From the NCBI GenBank assembly GCA_949288095.1, contig CASEIX010000058.1:14722-78721 (forward strand): a stretch of 64,000 bases of DNA. Reading direction: 5' to 3'. Under the pieces are notes generated by a model. It made no database searches, had not been told where the DNA came from, and worked only from the letters and a program-made list of their open reading frames with translations. The DNA is from an uncultured Eubacteriales bacterium (GTDB taxonomy: Bacteria; Bacillota; Clostridia; TANB77; CAG-508). Positions within the stretch are counted from its first letter, which is position 1. Each line of letters starts with the position of its first letter. Shown piece by piece: positions 37,934 through 48,084 of the stretch. The translations under genes were made by a program, and so were the position numbers.

Positions 37934-40648
37934 TTATCTATTAGTAGTTGTATTTCTATTTCTATTCAATGGTGTCCATAATCCTAATGTTTCTTTTGGC
38001 ACTTTTCTATGATTTGCACATTGTTGTGGAAGGTTATCTTCTGTAAAAATTTCTGTATATGTATTTGTACAATTTCTTGATGCTAAACAACCAGTAGTTC
38101 TACATACAGTTCTTTCCACAATACCTTCTGGTCTCACAAAAGTAGCGCTTGGTAAATCCTTATGTATATCTGTCATAACTGCATCCCAAATTTGTCCTGC
38201 TGGATTTCCACTAAAATATACGGTTTCACTATTATCATATCCATACCAAGTTGCAGCTGCATAATAAGGGGTAAAACCACAAAGCCATCTATCATAATCA
38301 TTATCTGTTGTTCCTGTTTTTGCTGCCACATCCATTCCTGGAATAGCACAATATGTCGCCGTTCCTCCTGATTTGACTGGTTCTTGTATAATCGTTTTCA
38401 TTATATATGCATTTTGTTTTGAAATGACTTGTCTTGTTTCTTGTTTTGGTGTTAAAACTGTTTCTCCATTAGCATCTGTAACACTTGTATAAAATGTTGG
38501 GCTGATATATACACCATCATTTGCAATTGTTCCATAGGCTGATGCCATTTCTAATGGGCTAACACCACTTGTCATTCCTCCTAATGCTAAACTTAATACA
38601 TTGTCTGTAACAGGATTTAATGAACTGATTCCCATATTTTGCAAATATTCTAATGATTTTTTCGGTGTTAATTCTACCATGATTTTAACAGCTGGTATAT
38701 TTTGTGAAGTTCTAATAAAACTCCTTATATTAATTAATCCTTTAAAGTTATTATAGTTTTTAGGTTCATAGTTTTTTCCAAATCTTGTACTACTATCATC
38801 ATAAACAGTTGCAGCTGTTATAATCTTTTCTTGTAATGCTGGTGCTACATCTGCTAATGGTTTAATACTAGAACCTGTTTGCTTTTCCATTTGTGTTGCT
38901 CTATTCCAACCTGCACTTGTTTTTTCTCCAAAACCTCCAGCAACGGCTACTACATTTCCTGTTTTATAGTCAACAATTGCCATTCCTGATTGGCTATGTT
39001 CATTTAATAATGTTCCATCACTATTTTTTTCTCTTCCACTGATGATATATTTTTCTTTTTGATATTCTTCTTCTAATCGATTTTGAATATTCATATCAAC
39101 TGTAGAATGAATCGTAAGTCCACTACTATATACATAGTTTTTCGCCATTTGCTCTGTCATATTTTTCTCTTCCATGACTTGTTCTACCACTTGAGAAATG
39201 ACTGCATCTGTATGGTATGAAAATACACTTCCACCCATAATTTCTCCTGTACCAAACTGTAATCCACTTTGTACTTCTGTGACTGCATTTTGATATTCTT
39301 CTTCAGATATATATCCCAATTCTTTCATTTTATCTAAAACCGTTATGGTTCTATTTTTTATTTTTTCTGAATTATCTACAGTTATACTATATGGGTTATA
39401 TGAATTTGGTGAATGATTAATTCCTGCCATAAAAGCACATTCTGCTAAAGATAAATCTTTTGCACTTTTGTCAAAATAATATTCAGCACCAAGCTCTACT
39501 CCATGTAAATTGTTTGCTCCAACAAATAATATGTTTAGATATAATTCTAATATTTGCTCTTTTGATATCATTCTTTCTACTTGATAAGCTCTTTGCCATT
39601 CTCTTATCTTTCTCTTAATCCCTTCAATTCCTGTGCTTTCATTATCATTTGTTATATTTTTCACCAATTGCTGTGTAATCGTACTTCCACCATAACTACT
39701 ATTACCATTTAATAATGTATTGGCAATTGCCCCTGCTGTCCTTTTGAAATCAACACCACTATGGTTATAAAATCTCTCATCTTCTATTGCAATATAGGCA
39801 TTTGGTAAATCATCTGCCATATCTTCTAATGTAATAATTTTTCTTTTTTCATCACCACTTAAATCTGCAAGTACTGTACCATTTTGATCCACTATGACAG
39901 AATTAGATACTTTTATTACTAAATCTTCTTTACGAATTTGTATATCTTCATTTCCATACCAACCTAATAATAGTCCTGCAAATCCCCACATTCCTGCAAT
40001 TAATAGTAATAATAAAAGAATGATTAGTATTAGGAAAAATTTTAGAAAGAATTTTAAAATTTTATGTTTTTTACGTCTTTCTTCTTTTTTTGCCTTTTTC
40101 TCTTTCTTTGCTTGAAGTTTTTCTTCTTTTTTTTGTTTTTTATCTATTTTATACTTTTTATTTTTTTCTACTTTTCTCCACTCATCATTTTTCTCTTCAA
40201 TAGTTTCTTTTTTAGATTGTTCTTTTTGATTATCTTGATTTCCTGTTTTCTTTATTCTTTCTTTATTCTTTCTTATATTTTTATCTTTGTTTTCTTTTTT
40301 ATTAGATTTATTTTTCTTTAATGTTTGTTCTTCTTTTTCTTTATTTTCTTGTATTTTTGTTGGTCTTTCTTCCAATAAAACAGCTGTGTTTGGTTTTGTT
40401 TCACTTTTTACTTGTTCTTTTTTATCATTTTTTTCTTTTACATTAACAGTATTTTCTATCTCTTTATTTATTTTATTATTAGGCTCTTGTATTTTGCCCT
40501 TTTCTAAAATTTCTTTAGCATTATTTTGTTCAGCCTTCTGATTTATTTTCTTTGAAGTGCTATTTTTAGCTTTTTTATGCATTCTTTTTCTGTTTAGATT
40601 TTGTTTATTATGATTCTTGCTACTTCTCTTTTTTTTCTTTTTTTTCAT
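37934..40648 (-). CDS. class A penicillin-binding protein (PBP1A; transglycosylase plus transpeptidase) with a long K/E-rich N-terminal cytoplasmic extension
   Basis: GT51 motifs are EDERFYNHSGVD and GGSTITQQLVKN. Transpeptidase motifs are SSIKP, SQN and KTGT. Residues 1-210 are lysine/glutamate-rich low complexity preceding the TM helix. Confidence 0.9.
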   Translation of the reverse strand: MKKKKKKRSSKNHNKQNLNRKRMHKKAKNSTSKKINQKAEQNNAKEILEKGKIQEPNNKINKEIENTVNVKEKNDKKEQVKSETKPNTAVLLEERPTKIQENKEKEEQTLKKNKSNKKENKDKNIRKNKERIKKTGNQDNQKEQSKKETIEEKNDEWRKVEKNKKYKIDKKQKKEEKLQAKKEKKAKKEERRKKHKILKFFLKFFLILIILLLLLLIAGMWGFAGLLLGWYGNEDIQIRKEDLVIKVSNSVIVDQNGTVLADLSGDEKRKIITLEDMADDLPNAYIAIEDERFYNHSGVDFKRTAGAIANTLLNGNSSYGGSTITQQLVKNITNDNESTGIEGIKRKIREWQRAYQVERMISKEQILELYLNILFVGANNLHGVELGAEYYFDKSAKDLSLAECAFMAGINHSPNSYNPYSITVDNSEKIKNRTITVLDKMKELGYISEEEYQNAVTEVQSGLQFGTGEIMGGSVFSYHTDAVISQVVEQVMEEKNMTEQMAKNYVYSSGLTIHSTVDMNIQNRLEEEYQKEKYIISGREKNSDGTLLNEHSQSGMAIVDYKTGNVVAVAGGFGEKTSAGWNRATQMEKQTGSSIKPLADVAPALQEKIITAATVYDDSSTRFGKNYEPKNYNNFKGLINIRSFIRTSQNIPAVKIMVELTPKKSLEYLQNMGISSLNPVTDNVLSLALGGMTSGVSPLEMASAYGTIANDGVYISPTFYTSVTDANGETVLTPKQETRQVISKQNAYIMKTIIQEPVKSGGTATYCAIPGMDVAAKTGTTDNDYDRWLCGFTPYYAAATWYGYDNSETVYFSGNPAGQIWDAVMTDIHKDLPSATFVRPEGIVERTVCRTTGCLASRNCTNTYTEIFTEDNLPQQCANHRKVPKETLGLWTPLNRNRNTTTNR

Positions 40649-40877
40649 GCACGATACCTCCTTTTGCTATATTTTATATTACTTTTAGCACCCCACTTAT
40701 TATCACTTATCTTTAATCTTATTCTAAAAATGTATTTTATGAATATTACAACATTTTCCAAAAAAATGCAACTATATTTTAGCATATTTTAGGCTAAATT
40801 ACTAGATTCATTTTGTTTTTTTAAGAATTTTTTATTTCTTTTATTTTAATTTTCTTGAATTAAATTCTACTTTTACA

Positions 40878-41027
40878 AAAAAGGCATACATTAACGAAAT
40901 CAAAGATTTCAACGCACACATGTGAATACTGTTTTGCAATGTTTCACCAATATAATAAACTTAACCTTATTGTATATGAAAAACTCCACATAGGTGTCAA
41001 AATAAAAGTTGATTTTTCTATACAATA
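40878..41027 (-). repeat. intergenic repeat element, copy C (full, inverted relative to copy A)
   Basis: The reverse complement aligns along its whole length with copy A at about 85-90% identity. This includes TTGACA-N18-TATACA inside ttattgtatagaaaaa/tttttcatatacaataa and the terminal cgttgaaatc-ttt-gatttcgtt hairpin. Confidence 0.6.
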
Positions 41028-41053
41028 AAAAAAGACTACTAGAAATAGTAGTC
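41027..41053 (-). terminator. rho-independent terminator of the flavodoxin-like gene, forming the 5' module of repeat copy C
   Basis: The stem gactacta/tagtagtc is followed on the minus strand by T7. This is the same hairpin-T7-inverted-repeat arrangement as in copy A. Confidence 0.5.
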
Positions 41054-41244
41054 CTAAAAATAAAAGGGGATGTTATTTTGTACCAAATGCTTTCTTTGGC
41101 TAATGGTACTTTTATTGTTAATGAGTGTATCACTTTAAGTCTACTCTAAGTCAATACTTTTTTTATATTTTTTATAAAATGTAAAACTGAAGCAAAATTC
41201 ATCACTCCAGTCTTTGATTTCTCTAACTTTCACATTTCTTTATA

Positions 41245-41805
41245 TTATTTTTCTAATACTTTACCTTTTAACAATTTCTTCGTACTTTCTACAATTCTTT
41301 CTTTTTCATTTTCAAAATTCTTTTTGGTTATTCCAATATAATCTACTACTTCTGTATGTAAAAACTTTGCCAAATTTTTCATAGAATGTAATGTATTTTC
41401 GGTTCCATCCCCACTGCCACCAGCACATGCAATACATAACATTTTTTTACCTTTTAATTTTGAATTTTCATTGAAAGATTGACATCTTTTTAATCTATCA
41501 AAAAATGTTTTTGCTGATTCGCTCATTTCATAAAAATACACAGGTGAAACAATAATAAAATTATCATATTCTCCCATTTCTTCTTGTAACTTATTAAAAT
41601 CATCTTCCATTCTACAGATATGTTCTTCTAAACAGATTCCCCAACCTCTTTTACCACAAGCTTCACATTTTTTTATATTATATTGGTTTAACACAATCCA
41701 TTTTGTCTCAATATTTAATTCTTGTAATGTTCTTATAGTAATATCTACACACGAATTTGTTAGTCCTATTTTATTAGGACTTGAACTAATAATCATTGTT
41801 TTCAT
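41245..41805 (-). CDS. flavodoxin-like NAD(P)H-dependent FMN reductase family protein
   Basis: 186 aa with a flavodoxin-like fold. The Cys cluster is CEACGKRGWGIC...C. Confidence 0.55.
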   Translation of the reverse strand: MKTMIISSSPNKIGLTNSCVDITIRTLQELNIETKWIVLNQYNIKKCEACGKRGWGICLEEHICRMEDDFNKLQEEMGEYDNFIIVSPVYFYEMSESAKTFFDRLKRCQSFNENSKLKGKKMLCIACAGGSGDGTENTLHSMKNLAKFLHTEVVDYIGITKKNFENEKERIVESTKKLLKGKVLEK

Positions 41806-41823
41806 CTATATCACTTCCTATTA

Positions 41824-42645
41824 TTATGCATTCTCCTTTAGATAGGTATCTATTACTTTTTCCAATTCATCATATTTTCCAGTATAAGCATGGTCTGCAT
41901 CTTTAATCACTTTAATTTCGCAATTTTTTAAATTGTTTTGTAAATAGTCTATAACTTCCTCTATTGGTTGAGTTAAAACACATTCGTCTTTATCTCCAAA
42001 TGGAATAAACACAGGAATTTCTATTTTGTTTAAAATTGCACTTTTTCCTTCTCTTTCTCTATATCTAAAAAAGTCACATGTACAATTATATAATAAATCC
42101 ATATAAAAGGTTTTTGCACTAATCTTACCATTGGCAAATACACAAAAATCAATTAATTCTTCTTCTTTTCCGTTATTGATACATTCTTTTGCCTTATCAA
42201 TACAGCTTTGATAATCTTTTCCTGTATAATTTTCTACTTCTTTTGGAATATCACAAGGTGCTAATAATACAATCATTTTGACACTTTCATCTTGTTTTTG
42301 CGTATAATAATAAATTGCTTTGTTACAACCATAACTATGCCCTTCTAACACAATATGATTATATCCTCTTTCTTTTACCCAATTTACAATCCCTTCTATA
42401 TCTAATACACAATCCTCAAAATGTTCATAACTACTACCTTTAATCACAAATTCATTTTCTTTATGCATTTCTGTAATATAGTTCATTCCTCTATTATTAA
42501 ATGGTAAAAAGGCATAACCATTATTGGTATACACTCTTGCTAAGTTGTCATTGAATTCATCTTCATAAAAGTTTCCACTCATTCCATGAATATGAACAAC
42601 AATTTTATTTGTTGGCACATTTGGTGTACGGTAATTGTATTCCAT
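41824..42645 (-). CDS. alpha/beta-fold hydrolase
   Basis: The nucleophile elbow is GHSYG. 273 aa. Confidence 0.7.
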   Translation of the reverse strand: MEYNYRTPNVPTNKIVVHIHGMSGNFYEDEFNDNLARVYTNNGYAFLPFNNRGMNYITEMHKENEFVIKGSSYEHFEDCVLDIEGIVNWVKERGYNHIVLEGHSYGCNKAIYYYTQKQDESVKMIVLLAPCDIPKEVENYTGKDYQSCIDKAKECINNGKEEELIDFCVFANGKISAKTFYMDLLYNCTCDFFRYREREGKSAILNKIEIPVFIPFGDKDECVLTQPIEEVIDYLQNNLKNCEIKVIKDADHAYTGKYDELEKVIDTYLKENA

Positions 42646-42693
42646 CTTTCGAATGTGGCCTTATTAATTCTTGATTCATAGAAAAACCCCCTT

Positions 42694-43050
42694 TTATATT
42701 AAATCATTTTTTCTGGTATCTTTATGTGAATCTTCTGTAAATGGTGGACTCATAATTTCAATCATTTTTAAGTTTCCTTTAAATGCAAATTCTGTTTGAA
42801 TAGGAATTTCTATTGTATCACCTTTTTCAATAGAATATATTTCATTATTGATATTAGCTACTCCTGACCCTTCAATAATATAATAGAAATGGGTACATTT
42901 TGTCTCAATTTGATAAAATTCATGTCCTTTATGCATATCAATATAATCTACTTCCACTCCTAAAGTCTTTTCACTTAATGTATATCCTTCAAAATAACTT
43001 CCTTTTGAAAAAGTTGGTTTATTCGGAAATTTCTTTATATAATTTTCCAT
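42694..43050 (-). CDS. cupin-domain protein
   Basis: 118 aa with a small beta-barrel signature (HKGHEFYQI ... GDTIEIP). Confidence 0.55.
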   Translation of the reverse strand: MENYIKKFPNKPTFSKGSYFEGYTLSEKTLGVEVDYIDMHKGHEFYQIETKCTHFYYIIEGSGVANINNEIYSIEKGDTIEIPIQTEFAFKGNLKMIEIMSPPFTEDSHKDTRKNDLI

Positions 43051-43072
43051 TCAAAAAACACTCCTTTACTTT

Positions 43073-43519
43073 CTATTTTCCTAAATATTCTGTATCATCA
43101 AAAATTTCTAGTGGAAATATTTTATTTTCTTCTAAAGCTTTCAAATGCGCTATGTTGATATCATAACTTCTTAACTCTTCTCTTGACATATGTTTTATTG
43201 TCTCCATGTCTATCCATTGCACATCTAAGATTTCCTTTGTATCAAATGTAATATTTTCCTCAATGACATCTGCTGTAAATTTTACCAATATTCTTGTTCC
43301 TTCTGGTTTATTAAATGAACATATTGGCAATACTCCTGTTAATTTCACTTTACATCCTGTTTCTTCAAATGTTTCTCTTATGGCTGCATCTGTTATTTTT
43401 TCTCCCTCTTCCATATGTCCTGCTGGATAGTTCCATTGTCCATAACATTTCTTTTTTGCTTCTTTTACCATAAGTATTTTGTTTCCTTTTCTTACAATAC
43501 ACCCCGCTATAACTACCAT
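43073..43519 (-). CDS. NUDIX hydrolase
   Basis: The Nudix box is GHMEEGEKITDAAIRETFEETG. Confidence 0.8.
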   Translation of the reverse strand: MVVIAGCIVRKGNKILMVKEAKKKCYGQWNYPAGHMEEGEKITDAAIRETFEETGCKVKLTGVLPICSFNKPEGTRILVKFTADVIEENITFDTKEILDVQWIDMETIKHMSREELRSYDINIAHLKALEENKIFPLEIFDDTEYLGK

Positions 43520-43760
43520 ACGATTTTCCTCCGTTTCATTTTATTACCTTTACTATATCATATATCCTCTTTTTTCTCAATATACACAAAAAAATACCTG
43601 AAATTCTTCAGATATTTTTTATATTTCTATCCTTTGTCAGAATATCAAGTTATTTCGGATTTACGAAATAACTTTGATATTTTTTAAATATATTTCTTAC
43701 TTTAGAATTTTTTATATGTTAAAAATATTATTTTATAATTTTAAAAAAATCATCAACTAT

Positions 43761-44238
43761 TTATCTTTTATCACTATTTTTTACAAACATAATTTGTTGT
43801 TTTATTTTATCTTCTCTTTTTTCTTCAAATCTATATAATTCTTTAAAACCATACTTTTCATGTAAACGAATAGATGGTATATTATTTACATTGATGCAAC
43901 TATATATTGTATAATTGTTAAATTTGTCTAATACATATGCTAATAACTTTTTAGCAATTCCTCTTCCCATAAATTCTTTTCTAGTAACCACTTCCCAAAT
44001 ATACACAACATTTTTTGTCATATTTTCTATTTTGTTTGGAAAGCCTTCTATCTCACAAAAATCATCTCCTTGATATACAGCAATATATCCGCGCTGGAAC
44101 ATTTTCTTCTAAATATACTATCTTCAATATTTTGTTATTTTTTAAAAGTGTGTTATTACTTTCTTCTGAAATATATCCACTATTATTTTCTTTCCATATT
44201 TTTTGAATATCTTCTAAATATTGATTTTCTACTATCAT
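43761..44238 (-). pseudogene. GNAT N-acetyltransferase split by a +1 frameshift near an A-run
   Basis: The 113-aa track ORF carries motif A (MGRGIAKKLL) but lacks the N-terminal ~50 aa. An upstream 58-codon ORF (MIVENQYLEDIQKIW...) in the adjacent frame ends just past the junction at 44100-44110 (agaagaaaatg). Confidence 0.45.
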
Positions 44239-44338
44239 TTATTTCTCCTTATCAGATAAAATATGTAGATATATGATGCAATCTACATATTTATTTTTCA
44301 CAATTTTTATTTTTATATGTGCTTATTTAATATATTTA

Positions 44339-44908
44339 TTATTTATTGTTAAAAATTTGATTATGTAAAAAAGCTACTAATTTTCCAATCTCTCTATCAA
44401 AAATTTCTTTTGACACTTCTAATTTTAAAATATCTTTTCTCAATGTTGGTAATAATTCTAATATTTTTTCAAACCTACAACCATTTTTTATGCATTCTTT
44501 CCATCGATTGATTCTTACAAAATCAATCTTATCTGCATCTCTTACAATCATTCCTTCCAACGTTTCTGGTATTTCTTTCCAACTGTGTTTATAAATTGCT
44601 TGATAACATTCTTCTATAAATTCTGCGTCATAATTTTGTTTTTCCATTTCGGCTTTTAGTTCATTTGCACTAATTAATTCATGTCCTTCACTTTGTTGTA
44701 TTCTTCCTACATCATGCCAATATGCTGCAATTATACATACTTCTTTATTTGCTTTATGTTCTGTTTCTAATATTTTTTTCGTATATTCTACAACATCTAA
44801 AACATGCACTAAATTGTGTTTTGGGTCTTGAGATAATTTCATCTTATCTTTAGCTATGTTTATTAGCTTTTCGTGTTTTCTTTCTATTTCTATGTATTGC
44901 TTTTCCAT
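44339..44908 (-). CDS. HD-domain phosphohydrolase
   Basis: HNLVHVLDV and AAYWHDVGR motifs are present. Confidence 0.75.
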   Translation of the reverse strand: MEKQYIEIERKHEKLINIAKDKMKLSQDPKHNLVHVLDVVEYTKKILETEHKANKEVCIIAAYWHDVGRIQQSEGHELISANELKAEMEKQNYDAEFIEECYQAIYKHSWKEIPETLEGMIVRDADKIDFVRINRWKECIKNGCRFEKILELLPTLRKDILKLEVSKEIFDREIGKLVAFLHNQIFNNK

Positions 44909-44931
44909 GTTTTTTCCTTTCCTTTAATTAT

Positions 44932-45327
44932 TTATCCTTCATACTCTATTGGAAATCCAGTATTTTTTAATGCTTGAATTCCTTTTTCTAAAAGTTCTTC
45001 TTTTATCATAATATAATCTTTTGAAAAAGTCGAAACAATTAATATATTCATACCTTGATTAGCTATTACTTCAGCAATTTTAGCTAAAAATCCTACTGTT
45101 TGAAATGGTACAGCTGGTTTGAATTCAATCAATTTGTAATCTCCCACAATTTCTAAAGCATTTAATTTTTCTACATTTGCTTTTTCCGTTACAACTGTGA
45201 TTTCATCTTTATCTTTTGAAACCATAAAATGAATATCTGGTTTTTCCAATTTATCTGTTTTTACATATACATAAATTCCTTTCATAACTGTTGCAATACT
45301 TTTAGGAATAGCTTCTTTTACATCCAT
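44932..45327 (-). CDS. ACT-domain containing protein
   Basis: 131 aa. The C-terminal part reads VGFLAKIAEVIANQGMNILIVST. Confidence 0.5.
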   Translation of the reverse strand: MDVKEAIPKSIATVMKGIYVYVKTDKLEKPDIHFMVSKDKDEITVVTEKANVEKLNALEIVGDYKLIEFKPAVPFQTVGFLAKIAEVIANQGMNILIVSTFSKDYIMIKEELLEKGIQALKNTGFPIEYEG

Positions 45328-45479
45328 AATACTTCTCCTTTAATTTTTTACTATATTCCATTATTCATAGCCATTTTACCATTTATTATAAAAAATGGCA
45401 ATCATATATCATGTATCTGTTAATAAAAAAATACCAGCAGATATTTTTCATACCCACTGATAGATTTATTTTTATACTA

Positions 45480-47027
45480 TTAATGTCTAAAATGTCTCAT
45501 TCCTGTGAAAATCATTGTAATTCCATATTCATTACATTTATCAATAGAATCTTGGTCTCTTATAGAACCACCTGGTTGAATAATTGCTGTAATTCCAGCT
45601 TTATGTGCAGCTTCTACACAATCTGAGAATGGGAAAAACGCATCTGATGCAAGTACTGCTCCTTTTGTTACACCTTCTCCAATTAATTCTTCTGCATGTT
45701 CTACTGATTGCTCAGTAGCCCAAATTCTATTAACTTGTCCAGGTCCAATTCCGATTGATTGTTTATCTTTTCCAAGTGCAATTCCATTTGATTTTACATA
45801 TTTTACAATCTTCCATGTAAATAACATATCTTCTAATTCTTTATCTGTTGGTTTTCTGTCTGTTACTACTTTGTAATCATCTAATAATTTTGAATCGATT
45901 GATTGTACAATTATTCCACCATTAATTTTCTTAATATCTAAAGCATTTTCTGGTTGTTTTACTGTAATAGATGGTAATTCTAATACTCTTACATTTTTCT
46001 TTGTTTGTAATATTTCTAAGGCTTCTGGTTCATATGATGGAGCAACAATTACTTCTAAGAATATTTCTTTCATTTCTTGTGCAATTGCTTTTGTAATTTC
46101 TCTGTTTGCTACAACAATTCCTCCAAAGATTGAAGTTTTATCAGCTTCAAAAGCTTTTTTCCATGCTTCATAAATATCACTACTACTTCCTACTCCACAT
46201 GGGTTTCCATGTTTACATGCAACAACAGTTGGTTCATCAAATTCTTTTAATAATTCTAATGCACCATTTGTATCATTAATATTATTAAATGATAATTGTT
46301 TTCCATTTAATTGTTTTGCAATTGTTAGAGAACCTTCACATTTTCCAATTTCTTTATATAATGCACCAATTTGATGTGGGTTTTCTCCATAACGCATTTC
46401 TTCTACTTTTTCATATGTTAGGGTTAATTCTTGTGGTAATGAATTGTCTTTTCTTTCTTCTTTTAAGTATTTACATATCATTGCATCATAACTTGCTGTA
46501 TGTTCAAATACTTTATTCATTAAATAGAATTTTGTATCTAATGATACTTGTCCGTTTTCTTTTAATTCTGTTAATACTTTTTCATAATCATTTGGATCTG
46601 TTACAACTGTAACATCTTGGTAATTTTTAGCAGCGCTTCTAAGCATAGTAGGTCCACCAATGTCAATATTTTCAATTGCTTCTTCTCTTTTTACACCTTC
46701 TTTTAATATGGTTTGTTTAAATGGATATAAGTTAACAACTACAAAGTCAATTGTGTCTACATTTAACTCATTTAATTGTTCCATATGATTTGGATTACTT
46801 CTCATGGCTAATATTCCTGCGTGTACTTTTGGATGAAGTGTTTTTACTCTTCCATCTAAACATTCTGGAAATCCTGTATAATCAGAAATTTCTGTTACTT
46901 TTACATCATTTTCTTTTAACTTTTTGTATGTTCCTCCTGTTGATATAATCTCGATTCCTAATTTTTCTAGTTCTTTTGCAAATTCTACTATTCCGCTTTT
47001 GTCTGAAACGCTAATTAATGCTTTCAT
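45480..47027 (-). CDS. purH: bifunctional AICAR transformylase / IMP cyclohydrolase
   Basis: The N-terminus is MKALISVSDKSGIVEFAKEL ... GTYKKL ... KTLHPKVHAGILA. 515 aa, homologous along its full length. Confidence 0.93.
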   Translation of the reverse strand: MKALISVSDKSGIVEFAKELEKLGIEIISTGGTYKKLKENDVKVTEISDYTGFPECLDGRVKTLHPKVHAGILAMRSNPNHMEQLNELNVDTIDFVVVNLYPFKQTILKEGVKREEAIENIDIGGPTMLRSAAKNYQDVTVVTDPNDYEKVLTELKENGQVSLDTKFYLMNKVFEHTASYDAMICKYLKEERKDNSLPQELTLTYEKVEEMRYGENPHQIGALYKEIGKCEGSLTIAKQLNGKQLSFNNINDTNGALELLKEFDEPTVVACKHGNPCGVGSSSDIYEAWKKAFEADKTSIFGGIVVANREITKAIAQEMKEIFLEVIVAPSYEPEALEILQTKKNVRVLELPSITVKQPENALDIKKINGGIIVQSIDSKLLDDYKVVTDRKPTDKELEDMLFTWKIVKYVKSNGIALGKDKQSIGIGPGQVNRIWATEQSVEHAEELIGEGVTKGAVLASDAFFPFSDCVEAAHKAGITAIIQPGGSIRDQDSIDKCNEYGITMIFTGMRHFRH

Positions 47028-47160
47028 AATTACCTCCTTAAATTCTATAATTTATATTCTATATTTTGGCTTAAATATTTACACTGCACTACTATTATAT
47101 AGCATAAAAGTGCTTTGGTCAAACCATTTTGTATAATTTACATAATTTTTTGTTTTTTTA

Positions 47161-48069
47161 TTAACCATATATCTCTTTAAAAATATATTCTGCATATGCT
47201 TTTGCTACATTCACCTCTCCTAATTTCTCAATAGCGATTAATGCTGGATCTGCATTTACTTCACAAATGATTGGATTATTATCTTCTGTTAAAAAGAAAT
47301 CAACAGAACAATAATCTAAATTTAAAATTTTCGCTACTTTTTCTGCTATTTTCTTATATGCATCTGTAACTGCATATTTGATGGATTTTCCACCCAAAGA
47401 AATATTTGACCTAAAATCATTTTCATTTATTCTCATAATAGAGCCAACTAATTTTTTCCCTACTACCACAGTTCTGATATCTTTACCACTATTAACATCT
47501 ATAAATTCTTGAAACATATATGGCGTGCCTTTTATTTTGTAGCAAACTTCTTCTAACATTTCTCTGTTATCAATTTTGTAAATATCTCGTCCACCTTTGC
47601 TATTTGACTTTTTCACAATTAATGGATATCCTAGTTTTTCCTCGACATAGTTTTTATAACTTTCTGGTATTTCTATTTTCTCTATATTTTCTACTCCTGT
47701 ATTGGTCATTCCACAAATGGTTGTTGGCATTTTTATATCATTATCTGCCAATAAACAATATGTCATAAATTTATCATCACAATTTTCTGTTGCTTCATAG
47801 GTATTAAAACTTCTTATATGATGTTTTTGAAGTAATGCATCTATATATTTATCTTTTACAAGTTGAATACAAAAATCATATTTATCTAGTGTTACATTGC
47901 TTTTCCCGTTTTCTATTTCTAAAAACATTTCATCCACTTTTATTTTATCGATTTGTATTCCTAATGTCTGAAATTCTTCTACAATTCTATTGCATTGATA
48001 AATTTTAGCTTCGTTTTGGAATCCTGGATATACTAGCATAAGCCCTTGTTTAGAAAATGATTGTTTCAT
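47161..48069 (-). CDS. ATP-grasp family ligase (RimK-like)
   Basis: ATP-grasp motifs are PLIVKKSNSKGGRDIYKI and ICEVNADPAL. 302 aa. Confidence 0.6.
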   Translation of the reverse strand: MKQSFSKQGLMLVYPGFQNEAKIYQCNRIVEEFQTLGIQIDKIKVDEMFLEIENGKSNVTLDKYDFCIQLVKDKYIDALLQKHHIRSFNTYEATENCDDKFMTYCLLADNDIKMPTTICGMTNTGVENIEKIEIPESYKNYVEEKLGYPLIVKKSNSKGGRDIYKIDNREMLEEVCYKIKGTPYMFQEFIDVNSGKDIRTVVVGKKLVGSIMRINENDFRSNISLGGKSIKYAVTDAYKKIAEKVAKILNLDYCSVDFFLTEDNNPIICEVNADPALIAIEKLGEVNVAKAYAEYIFKEIYG

Positions 48070-48084
48070 TTTAATTCCTTCTTT

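Noticed and set aside
19948-41053. Inverted copies A and C as ends of a 21-kb composite transposon or genomic island
   Set aside because: A third partial copy lies inside. No transposase, integrase or direct repeats are visible. The content is chromosomal housekeeping with the same strand bias and composition as the flanks. Only the possibility of recombination-mediated inversion is kept, as a low-interest finding.
40909-41133. 74-aa minus-strand ORF
   Set aside because: It is composed almost entirely of the repeat element copy C and its terminator. It has no SD and its amino-acid sequence is simply a translation of the conserved repeat.
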